Source: Geosiphon pyriformis uo1
Lineage: Eukaryota; Fungi; Glomeromycota
Length of the DNA: 64,000 nucleotides
Direction of reading: 5' to 3'
Assembly (NCBI GenBank): GCA_016748015.1
Contig: JAAOMT010000741.1
Location: forward strand, 786,120-850,119
Both the position numbers and the translations under genes were made by a program. The notes under the pieces were generated by a model. It made no database searches and was not told the origin of the DNA. It saw nothing but the letters and a program-made list of their open reading frames with translations. This document shows, piece after piece, positions 24,400 through 38,715 of the stretch (positions are counted from its first letter, which is position 1; every line of letters begins with the position of its first letter).

Positions 24400-27300
24400 T
24401 TACTAATTGCATTTAAAATATTCCATAATATTCTACATGTTTATAATATTATTTTTTCTTGAGTAATATTTCTAAATAATCTACACTTGTTAAAATACTG
24501 GACATAAACTTGTAAGCCAATTTCAGTGCATTTACAATATTTTTTACATATTTCCAAGTAGCTTTTAAAATAAAGTAACTTTTTTAAGAAACCAAGTCTT
24601 TAAGCTGCTTACTAATTATCTTAGAACTCAAAATTTTATGAATTTTGAACTCAATGCTGTTTTCAAGTTGAATAGATAAAAGTGGTTTTTTTAATTAGCT
24701 AAAAATAAACAATTTTGAAATAAAACATAAAAATGTTAATAGATTTTATAATGTATAAAAAGCTTTGACTTATAGACTTCATAATTATTTATTAAATTAC
24801 TAAAATTAATTAAGTTTTTTGTAATTTCATTTGTTATAAACCCATTTTATTTTAATATTACATTATAAAACCAAACTTTATTGTTTTTCTTAAATGCGGT
24901 ATTTTTCATTTACTTTTTTATTATATTATTTGATATTGTTATAAGTCATAATTTTTATAAATATTATATTATTACTGTTAAATCTTTTAGTCTTTAGTGT
25001 AATTAATTAATTTAATTACATTTAGTTATATTGTTATAAGTCGAAATCATATGCTAACAGATAACAAAAAAGAACAAATATTGTATGACAAGAAATAATC
25101 AAAAATAACAACTTAAAGAAATGAATGTTTTTTTTCTGAAGTTTAATTTTATAATTGTATTTATTTATTTAAAAAAATTAGCAAATAATTTGTTTAACAA
25201 CAGTATAATTTTGCTTAAAGACATTGTTCTTTTTGTTATTATCTAGCTAAAATAAGACGACAACTAATTAATATATTTTGAAGTATTATTATAAAAAATA
25301 AAAAACTTATTCAAATCAGATTATTTTAAGATAGATCTAAAGATCAGTTTTTTAAAAATTTTAATGACTTTTTGCTAAGCTGTATTTTCAATAATAATTT
25401 ACATCTTTCTTATATAATTAATTTAAAAGATAAGTAACTTGGACAAAATCTTTAATGAATTTCAATAATATTATTATGGTTGAAACTTTTACTTTTTAGT
25501 TTATTTATTTACTTAGCAATAGTCAGCTATATGTATTAGTTACTAATATTATTAATTAGCTACTTTATATTTAGAAATAGTTATTGATGTGATTATTGAT
25601 TTGATCAATAATTTGATTATTGAATTAGTTATTAATTTGACCATTGACTCGATTATTGATCTAATTATTTACCAAATTATTAATGTGATTATTGACCAAA
25701 TCATTAATTTTTTTATTAGCATATAAGGAAGACTTTTCAAAGCTGTAAAATTCATTCAAAGCAAAAATCATTACAAAAATATCAACTTTTTTATTTTTTT
25801 ATTATTATTATTATTATTTTTGAGAAATATATTAAATAAGCATTTGTTAAAAAGTACAACTAATATCTGATATTGAATTTTAAAAGTGCTAATATGAAAA
25901 ATAGAATTATACTAGTGTGTTATCTTTTGTTAACAGTACAAACTATATCTTTATTTTTAGATTCTTTTGTTACTTTTTGGAAAGAATAGAAATTGAGATA
26001 TTTATAAAACTAATCTTATATATTGACTTCTTACTACTATAATTTGTTTATTAAAGTTAAATTACGCTTTTATTATTTTATTACCATATAATACTGTACT
26101 TTCTTGCTATCTGTTAGCTTATTATATTTAACTTTAATAATATAAAGCTAATTTAAGGAAAGATTATAGTATATTTATATTTATTAGTTGTTTAAACTTT
26201 TGAATTTTTATTATTTTAACTAAATTAAAATAAAATCTATTATTTAAATAAAATTTCTTAGAAAATAAATAGATTGTCATTCAGAAAAATTTAATTTTAA
26301 GTCTTGTATTATAAAAAAATTAAAAGTTAATTATAGGTAATTTAAATATTTATCACAAGTCTTTAAATACATAATATATTGTTTAAAATATACTAAAAAA
26401 AACTTTTTATAAACTGGTTTAAAAATTTTGTTTATTAAATATTAAAAAGGAAAAAGTATTTGTTAATTTAAAAACCATTACTGTAAACTCATAAATTTTA
26501 TATTTTGTAATAAAAATAGTTTTTTTTGTTAACAATATCTATTTTTATTTATTTAAATTTAGCAGTTAAATCAATTTAAGGAAATGTAGTCTTTTTAAAT
26601 TTATTTAACAAATTTTTAATGTTTTAATTATAATATTATGGTCAAATATAATATGTTAACAAGTAATAAAGAATAAAAGTATTATATAATAATAAAATAA
26701 TAATAAAGTAATTCAATTTAATGAATATATTTAATTAATAAAGATTAAATATGTAAAATTAGTCTTATAAATATTTTAATTGTTATTTTTTCCAAAAAGT
26801 AACAAAAAAATTTGAAAATAACTAAATAGTTTTTATTGTTAACAAAAAATAATATACTAATATAATTTGATGTTTTTTGTTAATACTCTTAAAATTTAGT
26901 AACAAATATTAATTATATTTTTTAGTAAATATTTATTTAATAAAATAATAATGTATATTAATCAATAATAAAAATTATAAAGTACTTTTATGTTTTTAAT
27001 AACTTAAATTTTATCTGATAATATTAATAATATAGTAAATACGTCAAAAGAAATTATTGGTAATATATTTCTTGAGCAAAATATTTATATAATTAAAATT
27101 ATAGATTTGAAGATATTCAGATAATTTTATTCAATAAAAAATTAGATTAACTTGTCAAGTTACTAAAAATGATATTAGTGTCTTATAATTTTGCTTTATG
27201 CAAAGTTTAGTTTTTTGATATTTTAATATAAAAGCTATTTTGTAACTTATTCTAAATATTAAAGCTTTTTTGTTGCTTATTTGTTTTTATTTATACTTTT

Positions 27301-30300
27301 TAATATTATTTAGAAGTTTAAAACTCAAATGGTTCTGAATTTTTTTATTTAAGCAATATGTTTTTTAACGAAAATTTACTAATTTTCTAACTGCTAAAAA
27401 ACTGCAGCATAAATTTCTTTTATAATTGGCAAAAACAGTGTTATTTTAATTGAGGCTTTAGTAGTATTAATATATATAAATTCTGTTAATAACAGCAAGT
27501 TAAGCCAATATCTTGTTATTAATTGACAGAGTATTGCAAATATTAAATTAAAATTTGAAAAGCTTTTTTTAAAATCAAAAAACGAATTTTGGTCTATAAT
27601 TCAAACTATTTTATTTGAAAGACCATAAAATTTAACAATTAATTAAGCAATATATTTAAAAATTATAGTCTTTCTATAAAATATAAAATAGACTATCATA
27701 AGCAATCAATCTACCACAATAAATTTGAGTTTTTTTTATCTATTACAATCAAGTTTGTTAAAATATTTTGAAATAAATAATAAGTGTAATAATCCAAAAA
27801 ACTTATGACAAAAAGCTTTATATCTAAAGCAAATATTGTAAGATTTTATGTAATTTTCAATAAATTAATACCGATGTTTCAAAAACAAATTGCTTTTTTC
27901 TTATTAACCACCTTTAGAAATCTTTAATATTTACATAATAATTTAGAGCTTTAAAAGAACTCCAATCTTTATTTGTTGTAAAAATTGTAGAGAAAGTACA
28001 TAATAAGTTAGTTAAAACAATTTGAGAAACAATTAACATTTTAACAGAAAATGTTTTAGCAATTTCAGATTATTGTTTATCTACAATTTTAAAAGCTTTA
28101 ATTAATTTGATTGTGCAAGTTTTCTAATTGTTTATTAGATTATACAATTGTAGTCAAAACAATCTAAGAATAACAAACGTAATATAGATTTTTTATACTT
28201 TAAAAATTATTTTTTCTTGATGCTGATTAACTGTAAAAATTAATTCTATTGTCACTAAAGGTTTTAGTTTTTTTCTTAATGCTGTTAATGCTGAACTTGT
28301 AGCTAATGCTGTTGTTGATAGAAGCTCTTAAACCTTTAATAAGCTATTTATCTCTAAAGTATTTTTCTATACTTTAGATCTATACAATCAATTCTATACC
28401 AATAAATTTTAATGTAATTACTTTGAATAAAAGTCAACTCTTGTACAGAAATTTTTGACTATAAGTTTTTTAATAAAATAAAAAATAAAAATAAAAAAAT
28501 ATCTAAATTTGATAAGTTATAAAAAGGAAAACATTTCTTAGCAGAAAATATTTCTCCTTTATATCTAAAATAACTAATTCAGTCTACTAAAATTAGTAGC
28601 TAGTTAATTTTAGAATATTAGTAGAAAATAGTTAATTTTATTTTGCTAATATTTAAGATAAGAGATATATTTTTTTAAAAGGAGAAGTCTTTTTTTATAT
28701 ATCTAGTTGTCAAATTCTACCACGCTTTTTCTTGCTAATATTTCTATAAATTTTTGAAAGCTAAATCTACATTTTAACAAACTATAAATTATTTGTTAAA
28801 CTATTGAGTATTTCACTAAGTTTCTAAATATTTTGACAAATTTAAGAATTTGATTATCATATTTAATTGCACTTATGTATTATAGAATTTGGGCCATTAA
28901 TTGAATTATAATAATTAATAATTTTAACTAAATAATAAGTAATAAAATTTAAAATAATAATATATACTAATTAATAATAGAAATTATAAAGGTAATTTTA
29001 TTTAATAACATAATTTTTTCTTCAAGACTGAGTTCTGTTGAAATCACTGTCTATAATTTTCAATTAGTAATCCAAAATTATTGAAGTAATTTAATTTGAA
29101 AATTGTTGGTTTAACTGCTGTTTTAAATTTATTGTGTATTATTTCTGAGGTACAATTTGATGCTTTAAGTTCAATTTTTTTTTGTTAATGCTTTTTTAAT
29201 GTAAAAATATTATTATATAAAGGCATATCTATTGTTTAGTTTATTAAAACACTATTGAAGTTTTTGTTGAATTGTTGTATTTAGTAAAATGTCAATGAAA
29301 GTAACTGTTGTGTTTTCTCTTATAGCTTGCTTTAAAAGTTCTGATATATGAATTCCAGACTAACTTATTGTTTTATTTATAAAAATAATAATTTTATAAC
29401 TCATTTAATTCTGTAATTATGTTTTTTTTTAAACATATTTGATTTGGCTTTCAGTAATTATAATAGATAAATTAGAAAGTATTTTTAAAGCTAATATTAA
29501 TTGGAAAACTATTTGCTATATCTTTTGGGGAATAGTTATTTTAATAATAATAATTTTAAAAAGAATAAAAAGAATTAAAAAAATATTTGTGTTAAATAAT
29601 TTAAGTTTTTAAGAATATTGTTTAATAACAACTGGTTTTGGGTTTTAAAAAATGTTTTTTGGGAATTATATACCAATTTGTGAAATTAAAAGTTCAGAAT
29701 TTGTTCTTAAATGGTATTGCTTAAATCTGTTATCGTGTACAACTTTTTTCAAAATCTTATTATCAAAGTCTTAATATATATAAAATAGTCTATTTTATTT
29801 ATTATTGATTTTCTATTTTACTGTTTTTTAGCCTTAATTTTGTGTAAAAAAACTTTATTTTCAATTTTAAATTCATTAATAATTGGTGGCAATTTTTTGT
29901 TATATTATTCTTTTATAAGATTTTTTCTATAGTTAGCTAAGTTAAATATGTTTTTATTAAGAAACTAATTAGTAATATTGACATTCTTTTATAAATTAAA
30001 TTAAATAGTATGTGTTTTATTTAGTGTTTTATATGTTAATAACACCGATAAAATAAAGATATCTTATTTTTGTTCAAAACTAATTTAAACTTTGATTAAT
30101 AATTTACAAAAAATTTTATTAAAATATTCTACAAGTTTATTTTTTTGTATATAATAAAATAAAAATAAACTCTTTTAATTTTGAATTGTTTACAGAATTT
30201 TTCTATCGGATTGTTCTCAAAATGTCTTTTTTGATTAAATAAAAGTTCAATAAAGCATTTATATTTATAAACAATGTCTTTATAAATAAAATTTGCTACT

Positions 30301-30500
30301 AATTTGACATATGTTTTTTAAAGAGCTCTGACTTCTGGCTTTTTTGATAAAATAATCTACTGTAACAATTTCAATTTATTTTTTTTACTTCTTGAGCTCA
30401 AAGTTAATTTGCAGTTCAAATGGATGTTATTCTGAAATATTCCACCTCTTTAGCATAAAAAAAATTCTCAGGTATTAAATATTTAAAATTTCCAAAAAAC
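24400..30500. other. Extremely AT-rich, ORF-free block, probably eroded repeat/TE DNA
   Basis: No ORF of 60 aa or more in the track, CG dinucleotides nearly absent, composition like the eroded block at 45-48.4 kb. No family could be assigned. Confidence 0.5.
25575..25712. repeat. Degenerate ~12-nt tandem repeat (consensus ~gattattgaynn)
   Basis: gttattgatgt gattattgattt gatcaataattt gattattgaatt agttattaattt gaccattgactc gattattgatct ... gattattgacca. Confidence 0.7.
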
Positions 30501-32003
30501 CTTTGGTGATAATTAATACCTTTTTTTAAACTAAACAATAAAGAATGATTCTTTTGTTGCATAAACACTTTGTGGCCAAAACTTTTAACTCAAAATATTC
30601 TTGATATTGCAATTTTTATTTTATATTAATATTTTTACACAATATATTATACTTGACTGCATTCCCCTAATCTGTTCAAAAAGAAAATCAAATTAGTGCC
30701 AAAATCAACAAAGTTAAAACTTGTTTTCATATACTTAAACCGTTTTGCAAAACCTAACATCATCATTTATTTATCTTAGTAATCTTCGCATGTGTTTTTA
30801 ATTTGCTTGATTGAAATTGAGGATTTTTAAACTTTGTATTTAAGATATCCATTTTCTTCCAAAAAAATGAAAAATTTTAATTTCGAGACATTTATTCGAG
30901 AGCAAAAAACATTTGCCCACACATTATGCTAGTCAAAATCAGCGACCAATATTTTTTTGAATTTCTCATACTTTTCTATGAATCCTAATTTTTATTGGGA
31001 AGGCTTTCAATAAAATTTCCAAAATTATCTTTGTCCAATATCCAGAATACTTTAAAGTTTTTAACAATAAATGCTTTCCCCCAAAGGATCAATATGCATA
31101 TTGTGCAAACTATGATAAATGTAAACTTGTTTTCGCATTACAACTCACAAACTTCGCTCAATTATATTGTTGACATTCTATTTAAAGGTCAAAATTATCT
31201 GTGGACAATCTTCATGTTAAATGATTTTTCACTTGGATTATCTAGTCTCAACTTTCTGGAAAAATCTCACATTGGTGTTGCTAAATTTGCACAAATCAAA
31301 ATGACGTACCAACTTGCCAATCGGCATCAAATATACTGTATACATGTACATAGTTTCTCAAGGATTCTCAACCGAGATTTAATTGGCAATATTAAAGTGT
31401 CAAGTTTTCCTTTTTGCTTATATACTGAGCTCAACCTCAGTTAATAATTTACAAAAAACAAGTTAGCTACTTCTTAGAAGAACCGATACTTAGATACTTA
31501 AGCTAAAGAGAAAACCTTATTTTTAGTTTAATAAATAATAAAAAATTCATAAATTAGAAGCAGAAACAGACAGAACGAAACGAGCTGATGTAATGCGAGT
31601 CCACGATGTTAAAAAGGCTAGATAGAATGAATTGAGTAGGAAAGCTGTGGTGCAAAACGAATATTAAATCGTGAAAGATACATATAAGCTTAAAAAAGTG
31701 ACATAAAATTTAAAACTTTGTAGTGTATTTATATGAATATTTAATATGGAATCATGCTTTGAATGTAAAAATTAATAAGAATAGCAAAGAACAGATTTTT
31801 GAGCTTGATGTGATTTTGAAAAACCATTTTTTGACTCTTCTTGCATAAGTGATATCGATAAACTTTTCAAATTTCTAAAGGTAATTAGAAAAAATTTTCA
31901 TAGTTTGATTTTTGATTGGTTATGAAAAAAGAAAATGGAAGAATCGTGTAGAAAAAAAATCTATGCCTGATAGCCAAACGAAATTAAGCTTATGAAAGCT
32001 TCT

Positions 32004-33465
32004 TCAGAATCTTTGACCGCCAATAGCATTATTAAAATTGCTGCTTACATATGTATAATGCGATGAAAGCTGGAGATTTCCATTCTGTTCTGCATGAAGT
32101 TGCCCCTTATTTACGTCTGGTCGTGATAGCTGCTGTTGCTTTCTTTTTTCATTTAAACTTTCTGGCTGCTGCTGCTGATGTTGTACATTTATACCCTGTT
32201 CTTGCAGCTGTGATTGTTCAGACTGTACCAGTCGCTGTTCAGTCGCATTTTTAGAATCATCTGATCTTTTATTGCGGAGTTTTCCATCTGAATTTGGAGT
32301 ACGAATAGGATTTTCGAAATTTGCAACGGGTCCGTCTATAGTTTTATTATTGCATTTTTTCACCAAAATATGTCTTTTCATTGCATCTTTTCTGCTAAAT
32401 TGTTTTTCGCAATACTGACACGCATAAGGTTTTATGTCCAAATGAATTCTTTTGTGTCGTTTTAAATCGTGATTTCTATTAAAGCCTGGAACATCGAATT
32501 TAAAATCGATTAATAAATGGTTAACTGTATTTGTACAATGAAAGTTTAATGAAAAACTATAATTAGGTCAACCATAGCATAGAGAATGGCATGATAGATA
32601 GACATAAGTCAATTTTTTCTAAAAGATTAGCAAAAATTCTATGCTGCTGCATTTAATTAAATAATAATATTATAGTAAAACACACAAAAAAATAATATTT
32701 AAAATGTCAAGCTCGAGAATAATTATGAGAAAGCGCTGTTTACTGATTGAAAATTTACTTGTCGTCAATTAAAATAAGATACATACTTTGTGGACAAGTG
32801 TCACATTTAAATGGACGGTCGTACAATGGAAGCCTTGAAAAATAACTTTTTGGTGGACCACAATAAGAGAATGGCGGTCGATGAGCAACGGTGGGTGATC
32901 GTGTGATGTCTATGATGGTATTCTTTATGGGAAAAGATTTTCCTGAATTTTCTTCATGAGAAGAACCTGATGACGATGATGAAGGAAACACTGGCTCAGA
33001 AATCTTTGAGAATTTTAATTGAGAAATTTGGGAAATTGAGCTTTGAGAAGTAGTTAACGTTAATGGCTTAAAAATTCCTGCTGCGGAAGACGAAACCTCG
33101 TAAGCAGTTTGTGGTGGGTTTTGCATAGATTTTGGGGCGTTCATGAAAATTGATTCATCAATATTGAAATTTGTCGTGTGAAAACAATCTGGAGAAGATT
33201 TTTTGTTTCCTGATATTGATTTCAGGTATCTGTAGGGAAAATCTGATACCCAATTCGACGAGAAACTTGATATATTTGAAGAGGAAAGGGAGTTATTTTG
33301 ATTATATTCATTAAATATTGTTGGATTTGGTAAGGAAAGTGATTGTGATAGTATTTGATTTGGTAAAAATTGAAGTTGTTGAGGTGCCAAGCTTTGTCCT
33401 TGCTCAGAAGAGAGATGAATCGATTTGAGATTGTGATCATCTTGAAACGAAGCAAAGTTTTCCAT
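32004..33465 (-). CDS. Fungal C2H2 zinc-finger transcription factor with two fingers; intron 32786-32486; possible extra upstream exon 33714-33663
   Basis: A phase-1 GTATGT..CAG intron joins RPFKCDTCPQ-S-FNRNHDLKRHKRIHLDIKPYACQYCEKQFSRKDAMKRHILVKKC. S-rich N-terminus, Q-rich C-terminus. Confidence 0.92.
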
Positions 33466-35435
33466 TGTAATAGTGTTCAAGCAATTTATAAATGCTAATT
33501 ATTTATGAGTATATTATTTTCTATTTAGCCCGCTTTCGTTTTTTTTGAAATACTTGAACGTTTTGTTTAAGAAAACATCATGGCCATCTCAATTCAAAAT
33601 TGTTTCAGAGTTAATTTTAATTATTTATGTAGATGCCAATGGTTTATCATTAATACATGTACCTGTAAAACGTATCCCTGCGGAATTCTCAAAGAGTCTA
33701 GAATTGTGATTCATATTTTAGCAAAAGATTATTTTATTTCTCCAAGTATTTTGAATCCGTCTAGTGTAATTACAACAATACTGAAATAAAATTACAAGCC
33801 AACAGTTGGGATATATCATTTAAAATCAATTCCAAAATCCTTGTTTGTGTGTGCATTGTAATTGCAAAAAAAAGTGAAGCTCTTGGAGTATGAAAAGCAA
33901 AATTCTCCTTTTTCCTAGCAAATAACAATTTGGTGAGGACACTATACTCTAATAATATTAAGAAAATATTCAGGTTGAAAAAAACTGTTATACGAATAAT
34001 TAGTCGGTAATTTTTCAAAGAGGTTTGCTAAAATTATTTCTAGAGCATCTTTGAACATAAAATTAAAAAGGACTTGTTTCAATAGCTCTGTAAGAGTGAT
34101 AGATATATTAATTGAAAAATATATCAATTTTGTACTGTTAAAGAGCTATTCTGAACCAAAAAAGAAATTAGGAGATAAATGACAAGGTTCAATATAGGAG
34201 TTACTTTAAATTTTACTATTTTTTACCTTTTACATGTATTAATATAAAAAGAATTTTTCTATATTTTTGATTCAAAAATCTAAGGTAATGCAACAATATA
34301 CTTATATTCAGTATATCTACAAAATTCATAATATAATTTTGAAACAATATTATTAACAATTAATAAAATTTCTCAAAGTAAAGTGTAGTTAACCGAGAAA
34401 ATTTTAAGACCAAATAATAATATTTAATTATAAAAATACTTTTTTTTATTTTTAGTGTAACTGTATTTTACCTTAATTATTTACAGAATCAATATTATTT
34501 TTAATAAAAAAATCTATGATTTATAACAAATTGAAACAAAACAACTGAAAAGTATATGTGAAAATTGATTTTAAATAGATGTGTTGAAAAAGTATTTTAA
34601 TCATTAAATATATCATTTATCTTATAAATAAACAACATATTTCTGGAAATATAAAATAAAATAATTAATCTGGGAACTTTTCTATCGTAACTATAAAAAA
34701 AGACAAAATAAATACAAAAAATTCTATTAGTTTTTGTTTAAATAACGCATACATCAACACTTTATATAATTTTTTCTTAAAATTTTAATGCCATATTTAA
34801 TTTCCTAAACCGTGATTAAACCATTTACTATTTTTAATGAAAATTGAATTATACTGGCTTCAAATCGAAAGATTCTTCTTTACTGTAAACTTTATTTTCA
34901 TTTTGTTTTAATGGCCTTCTCTTAAATGAGAAAACAATTTATAGTCTCATTTAAGAATTGATCATGTTTTTTCTATGTAATCTTAAGAATTCAACCATCT
35001 TTTCTTGAATGAAAAAAATATTGATCAATTATTTTCATTGATAATCTAGTAATTTACTAAAATTATTTTAAAAAAACATTAAATAACTTTAATCCCAAGA
35101 ATCTAATTCAAAAAATTTCCCTCCTCGAGCATAAATTCTAATGATAGTTGCTTTGCATTATTCATTTAAACAAAGTTATGGTCCCTTTTCTGAGATAATC
35201 AAAGCTTATTTATTTATCCATAATCTAGGAGATACTTTCGTGGATCTGTATACTTATTTTTAAGAATCTACCATTATAAAATGCAAAGCGAAAATAATTA
35301 TTGCGTATTTTTCATTATTCCCATGATAATTACGGTGACTAATCTTCTGATATTAACTGATTGATTTAACTCACTAAACAATCTCATCAAATTCAATTTC
35401 CTTATATTATAAGTGAAATTTCTTTATGACATGAA

Positions 35436-35436
<1 letters not shown>

Positions 35437-35471
<35 letters not shown>
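35437..35471. repeat. (AAT)n microsatellite upstream of Gly/Asn peptide paralog 2
   Basis: taataataataataataataataataataataata. Confidence 0.9.
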
Positions 35472-35775
35472 GATTACATAATCATGTTAAAAGGAAAAGA
35501 GATTTTTAAATAATTAATTGAGTGATTAATTGAGAAGCAAAAATTTAAATTCATTCAATCCTGTAAACAAAATAATTTTAAGAGCATATGAACTGTATAA
35601 TGAAGAGCAACTTTCTTTTATATAATTTATTTTTAAATATAAAAAGAGTTCACCTTGCTGACATTTTTTATTCTTCATCCAAGCTTTTACCCTTTGAATT
35701 TAAGAAGAATTAAAAATCAATCGATCAAAAATAATTCCTAATACTTTCCTCCATTTGCTAATTCATTGTATAAAA

Positions 35776-36027
35776 ATGACAAAAATCTCACTTGCTCTCA
35801 CGGCTGCTCTTGCTACCGTTCTTATTATGCTAGCTACCTCTCCTTCAGCTAATGGAAGTGAATATGAAGAAATTGGTAATTTCAACGGTAACAATAACGG
35901 CAATTTTAACCTTGGTAACAACAATGGTGTTAATAACGGAAATGCTAACGGAATCGATAACTCTAATAACTGGCGCGGTCGTCTTTCAGGCGAAGTTGAT
36001 GAGTCCTTTAATAAAGATGGGAAATAA
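35776..36027 (+). CDS. Small secreted Gly/Asn-rich peptide (83 aa), paralog 2
   Basis: ATG at 35776 (MTKISLALTAALATVLIMLATSPSANG...) aligns with 2156-2401. TATAAAAA at 35638. Confidence 0.88.
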   Translation: MTKISLALTAALATVLIMLATSPSANGSEYEEIGNFNGNNNGNFNLGNNNGVNNGNANGIDNSNNWRGRLSGEVDESFNKDGK

Positions 36028-36451
36028 AAATTGTCATTTCCTTTTAAAAATAGTTATCTTTTGAAGGTTTTTTTGGAAGATGAATTTAAGTTTAGAACGA
36101 ATTTTTTTGATATGATAGAAAACAAAGAGTCCCTTTGTTTTTTAGATCTAATAATTTTATTAATAGCTAGCTAGAAATGAGCTTATTATGATGTTCTATT
36201 AAAATGAAATTTAGTTAATTGAAAAAAAATTTTGCAATCAAATTTTTAGCAGATGGAACGAAACTCGGGAAATTCTGATGGAATAAAACTTTGATTTAAA
36301 ATCTTGGAATATTAGAGAAAGGCAAAGGCAAAAATATTTTTTCCTGAGAAATACATTTCCATTATGCAAACAAAATCATAAGAAATCAAGAATTTTATCA
36401 GAAATATCATGTCTTAACATACAACTTGACGAAATTTTAGAATTTTCATAA

Positions 36452-36553
36452 AAAATTCTAATTTTACCTATTGATTTTTATTAGACAGCTAAATTTAAAA
36501 CTTGACAAAATTCTAATATTACCTATTGATTTTTATTAGAAAGCTAAATTTAA
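36452..36553. repeat. Local tandem duplication of ~47 nt
   Basis: aaaattctaattttacctattgattttttattagacagctaaatttaa is repeated as aaaattctaatattacctattgatttttattagaaagctaaatttaa. Confidence 0.85.
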
Positions 36554-37357
36554 GAAAATATTTTAATTTTTAAAAAAGTTACCTTCATATGTCCCTTTCT
36601 GTTTAGATGAATATTTTATTCGCATATATTTTTGACGAATTTTTCAAAGGAAAATAAACTTTAAGGTTAAATCTCTCCATCTTATTATGAAAATGTGATT
36701 TCTCCTATTTTTTTTGTAGAATTCCTGATTTATTTTTAATCATCTCAATTTGATAATGTCTCATTTTCAATCCTCTCTGCATAAGTTAGTTTTTTGAATT
36801 AAAGTATTTTCTTGACACATTCTTAATTTTTTCATATTCACATCTAGGATACCTTGATCAGGTAACCCATGTTTCTTTTCCAAATAAAGTTTTTAGCTCA
36901 TGATATTATATCTTTTTCTCACGCTTTTCATAATCATTAATATTAATAATTAAAATTTAAAAATAATTTTCATCAAACAATGTCTTATCTGATTTAGTAT
37001 TAAAACGCCGAATATGATTACGCTCAGGCCTCAGGCTTTGTGCGAGCCTAAAATTTTTACAATCAAGAGCCAAGGATGGGCCCATCGCACAAAATAGAGT
37101 TAATCTTAAATCCTGTGTATATACTGTCATTGGAACTCCCTCTTAAAGAATAAAATATTTTTTGTCTAACTCTAATTAATATAAATCTTAGGAGCTATCG
37201 ATCGTAGAATTTTTAATGAAAAATAGATAGATGTTAATCCGAATTGATCTTCATATTAAATGATCAATTTTCGTTTTTTAGATGATTAATAATTAGCCAA
37301 CTATCATTAAAATTTTGTTTTTAAATGAACACTTATTTAATTTGGTATTTTTTAGTC

Positions 37358-38640
37358 ATGACAGAACAACTTAATATTAAGAAAAAATTTTACCTGTTAT
37401 ATATATTTTACATATATCGTAAACTCACAAAAGAAAACATGATTCTCTTACTTTTGCACAAAGCATAAAACTTTGTGAAGCCCACACTTAAAGAGAAAAA
37501 GAATACCAAATTTTTTTTACATTGAAAAATTCTCAGCATTATTGCTTAACTAAACAAATAATGTAAATCTGATGATATCTTACTTCAAAAAGCTAGCAAT
37601 CTTTCTGAATTGATAATTTCAAAGAAACTAAAAAAGGATTAACTCATTTTAAAAAGTGCTATAATATCAGAGAAATCAAAAAACGTGAAAAATAAGTAGT
37701 GCATTTAAATAATTTGCTTAGAATATATTTATAATTGTGATAAAACAACTTTCTATTGAAAATTAAAGCTCTCTCTAAATATTTTATTGTTGACACAAAA
37801 TAGTCAAAAAGTTGAAATACAGTTATTCATTTTGTAATATCAAAGGAACTTAATTTTTTATATTCATAAATATAAAGTTCTAAAGTGTATAAAAAAATTA
37901 ATAAAATTATATTATCTGTACATTATTATATATTTAATAATTAATGAATAAAATTAAATCTTTTTTAAATTGATTAAAAAAAATTAATATTCAAACGCAG
38001 AATTTTAACAAGAATATTTTATTATTTTGAATAATTTTATATCACTTATGCTTGCAAAAAATTCTTTTTTTTTACTAATATTACTTTTCATTATCTTCTC
38101 TTTAAATACATCAATTAATTTACAATCATTTAAAAAATAAAAAAATAAAATTTATTTCGCATGTCTATAAAAGATTTCTTATTATGAATAGTACCAATTT
38201 TTTATGATAATACTATTGCAGACAAAATATCCATAACTTTTCTCAAATTTATGAATGCAGCTTGGGTAAAAACAAAAATTTTGTTTTTTTTTTACATTTT
38301 TAAATACTCTCTTATCAGATTCTAATAAATCTTTTAAAGAAAAAAAAATGCAAAATATCATGAATTAATTTCTAATTGATAAATATTTATTTTTTAAAGA
38401 TATCTTAAATTGATTCTATCTTTGAAATTGGACCATGTTATCTGATGAAAAAATCATTAAAATTGTTGATAATATAAAAGATTCTGAAAATCTTGAAGAA
38501 ATTAAAGAAGTTAATGATGCAATTATTGGTTTAAATACTATATTTACATATATTAACAAGAAGATTGTGGTAAGACAGTAAAGCAACATCTAGTTTGAAA
38601 TGTAGATAACTTGAAAAAAGATATATAAAAATTAATATTT
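37358..38640 (+). mobile_element. Old, heavily eroded pogo/Tigger (CENP-B/DDE_1) transposase relic
   Basis: Residual KRKHDSLTFAQSIKLCE (N-terminal HTH), IYNCDKTTFY*K (IYNxDETGLFW) and NTSINLQ (NTTSxLQP) motifs. Confidence 0.6.
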
Positions 38641-38715
38641 CAATTTTTATAATTTAAATATGGTTTTTCATATATTATATTTTGTATTTTACTAAGTTTA
38701 AATAATATTAATATA

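Noticed and set aside
30995-31444. 149-aa ORF
   Set aside because: TTG start, composition typical of random AT-rich DNA, no motif.
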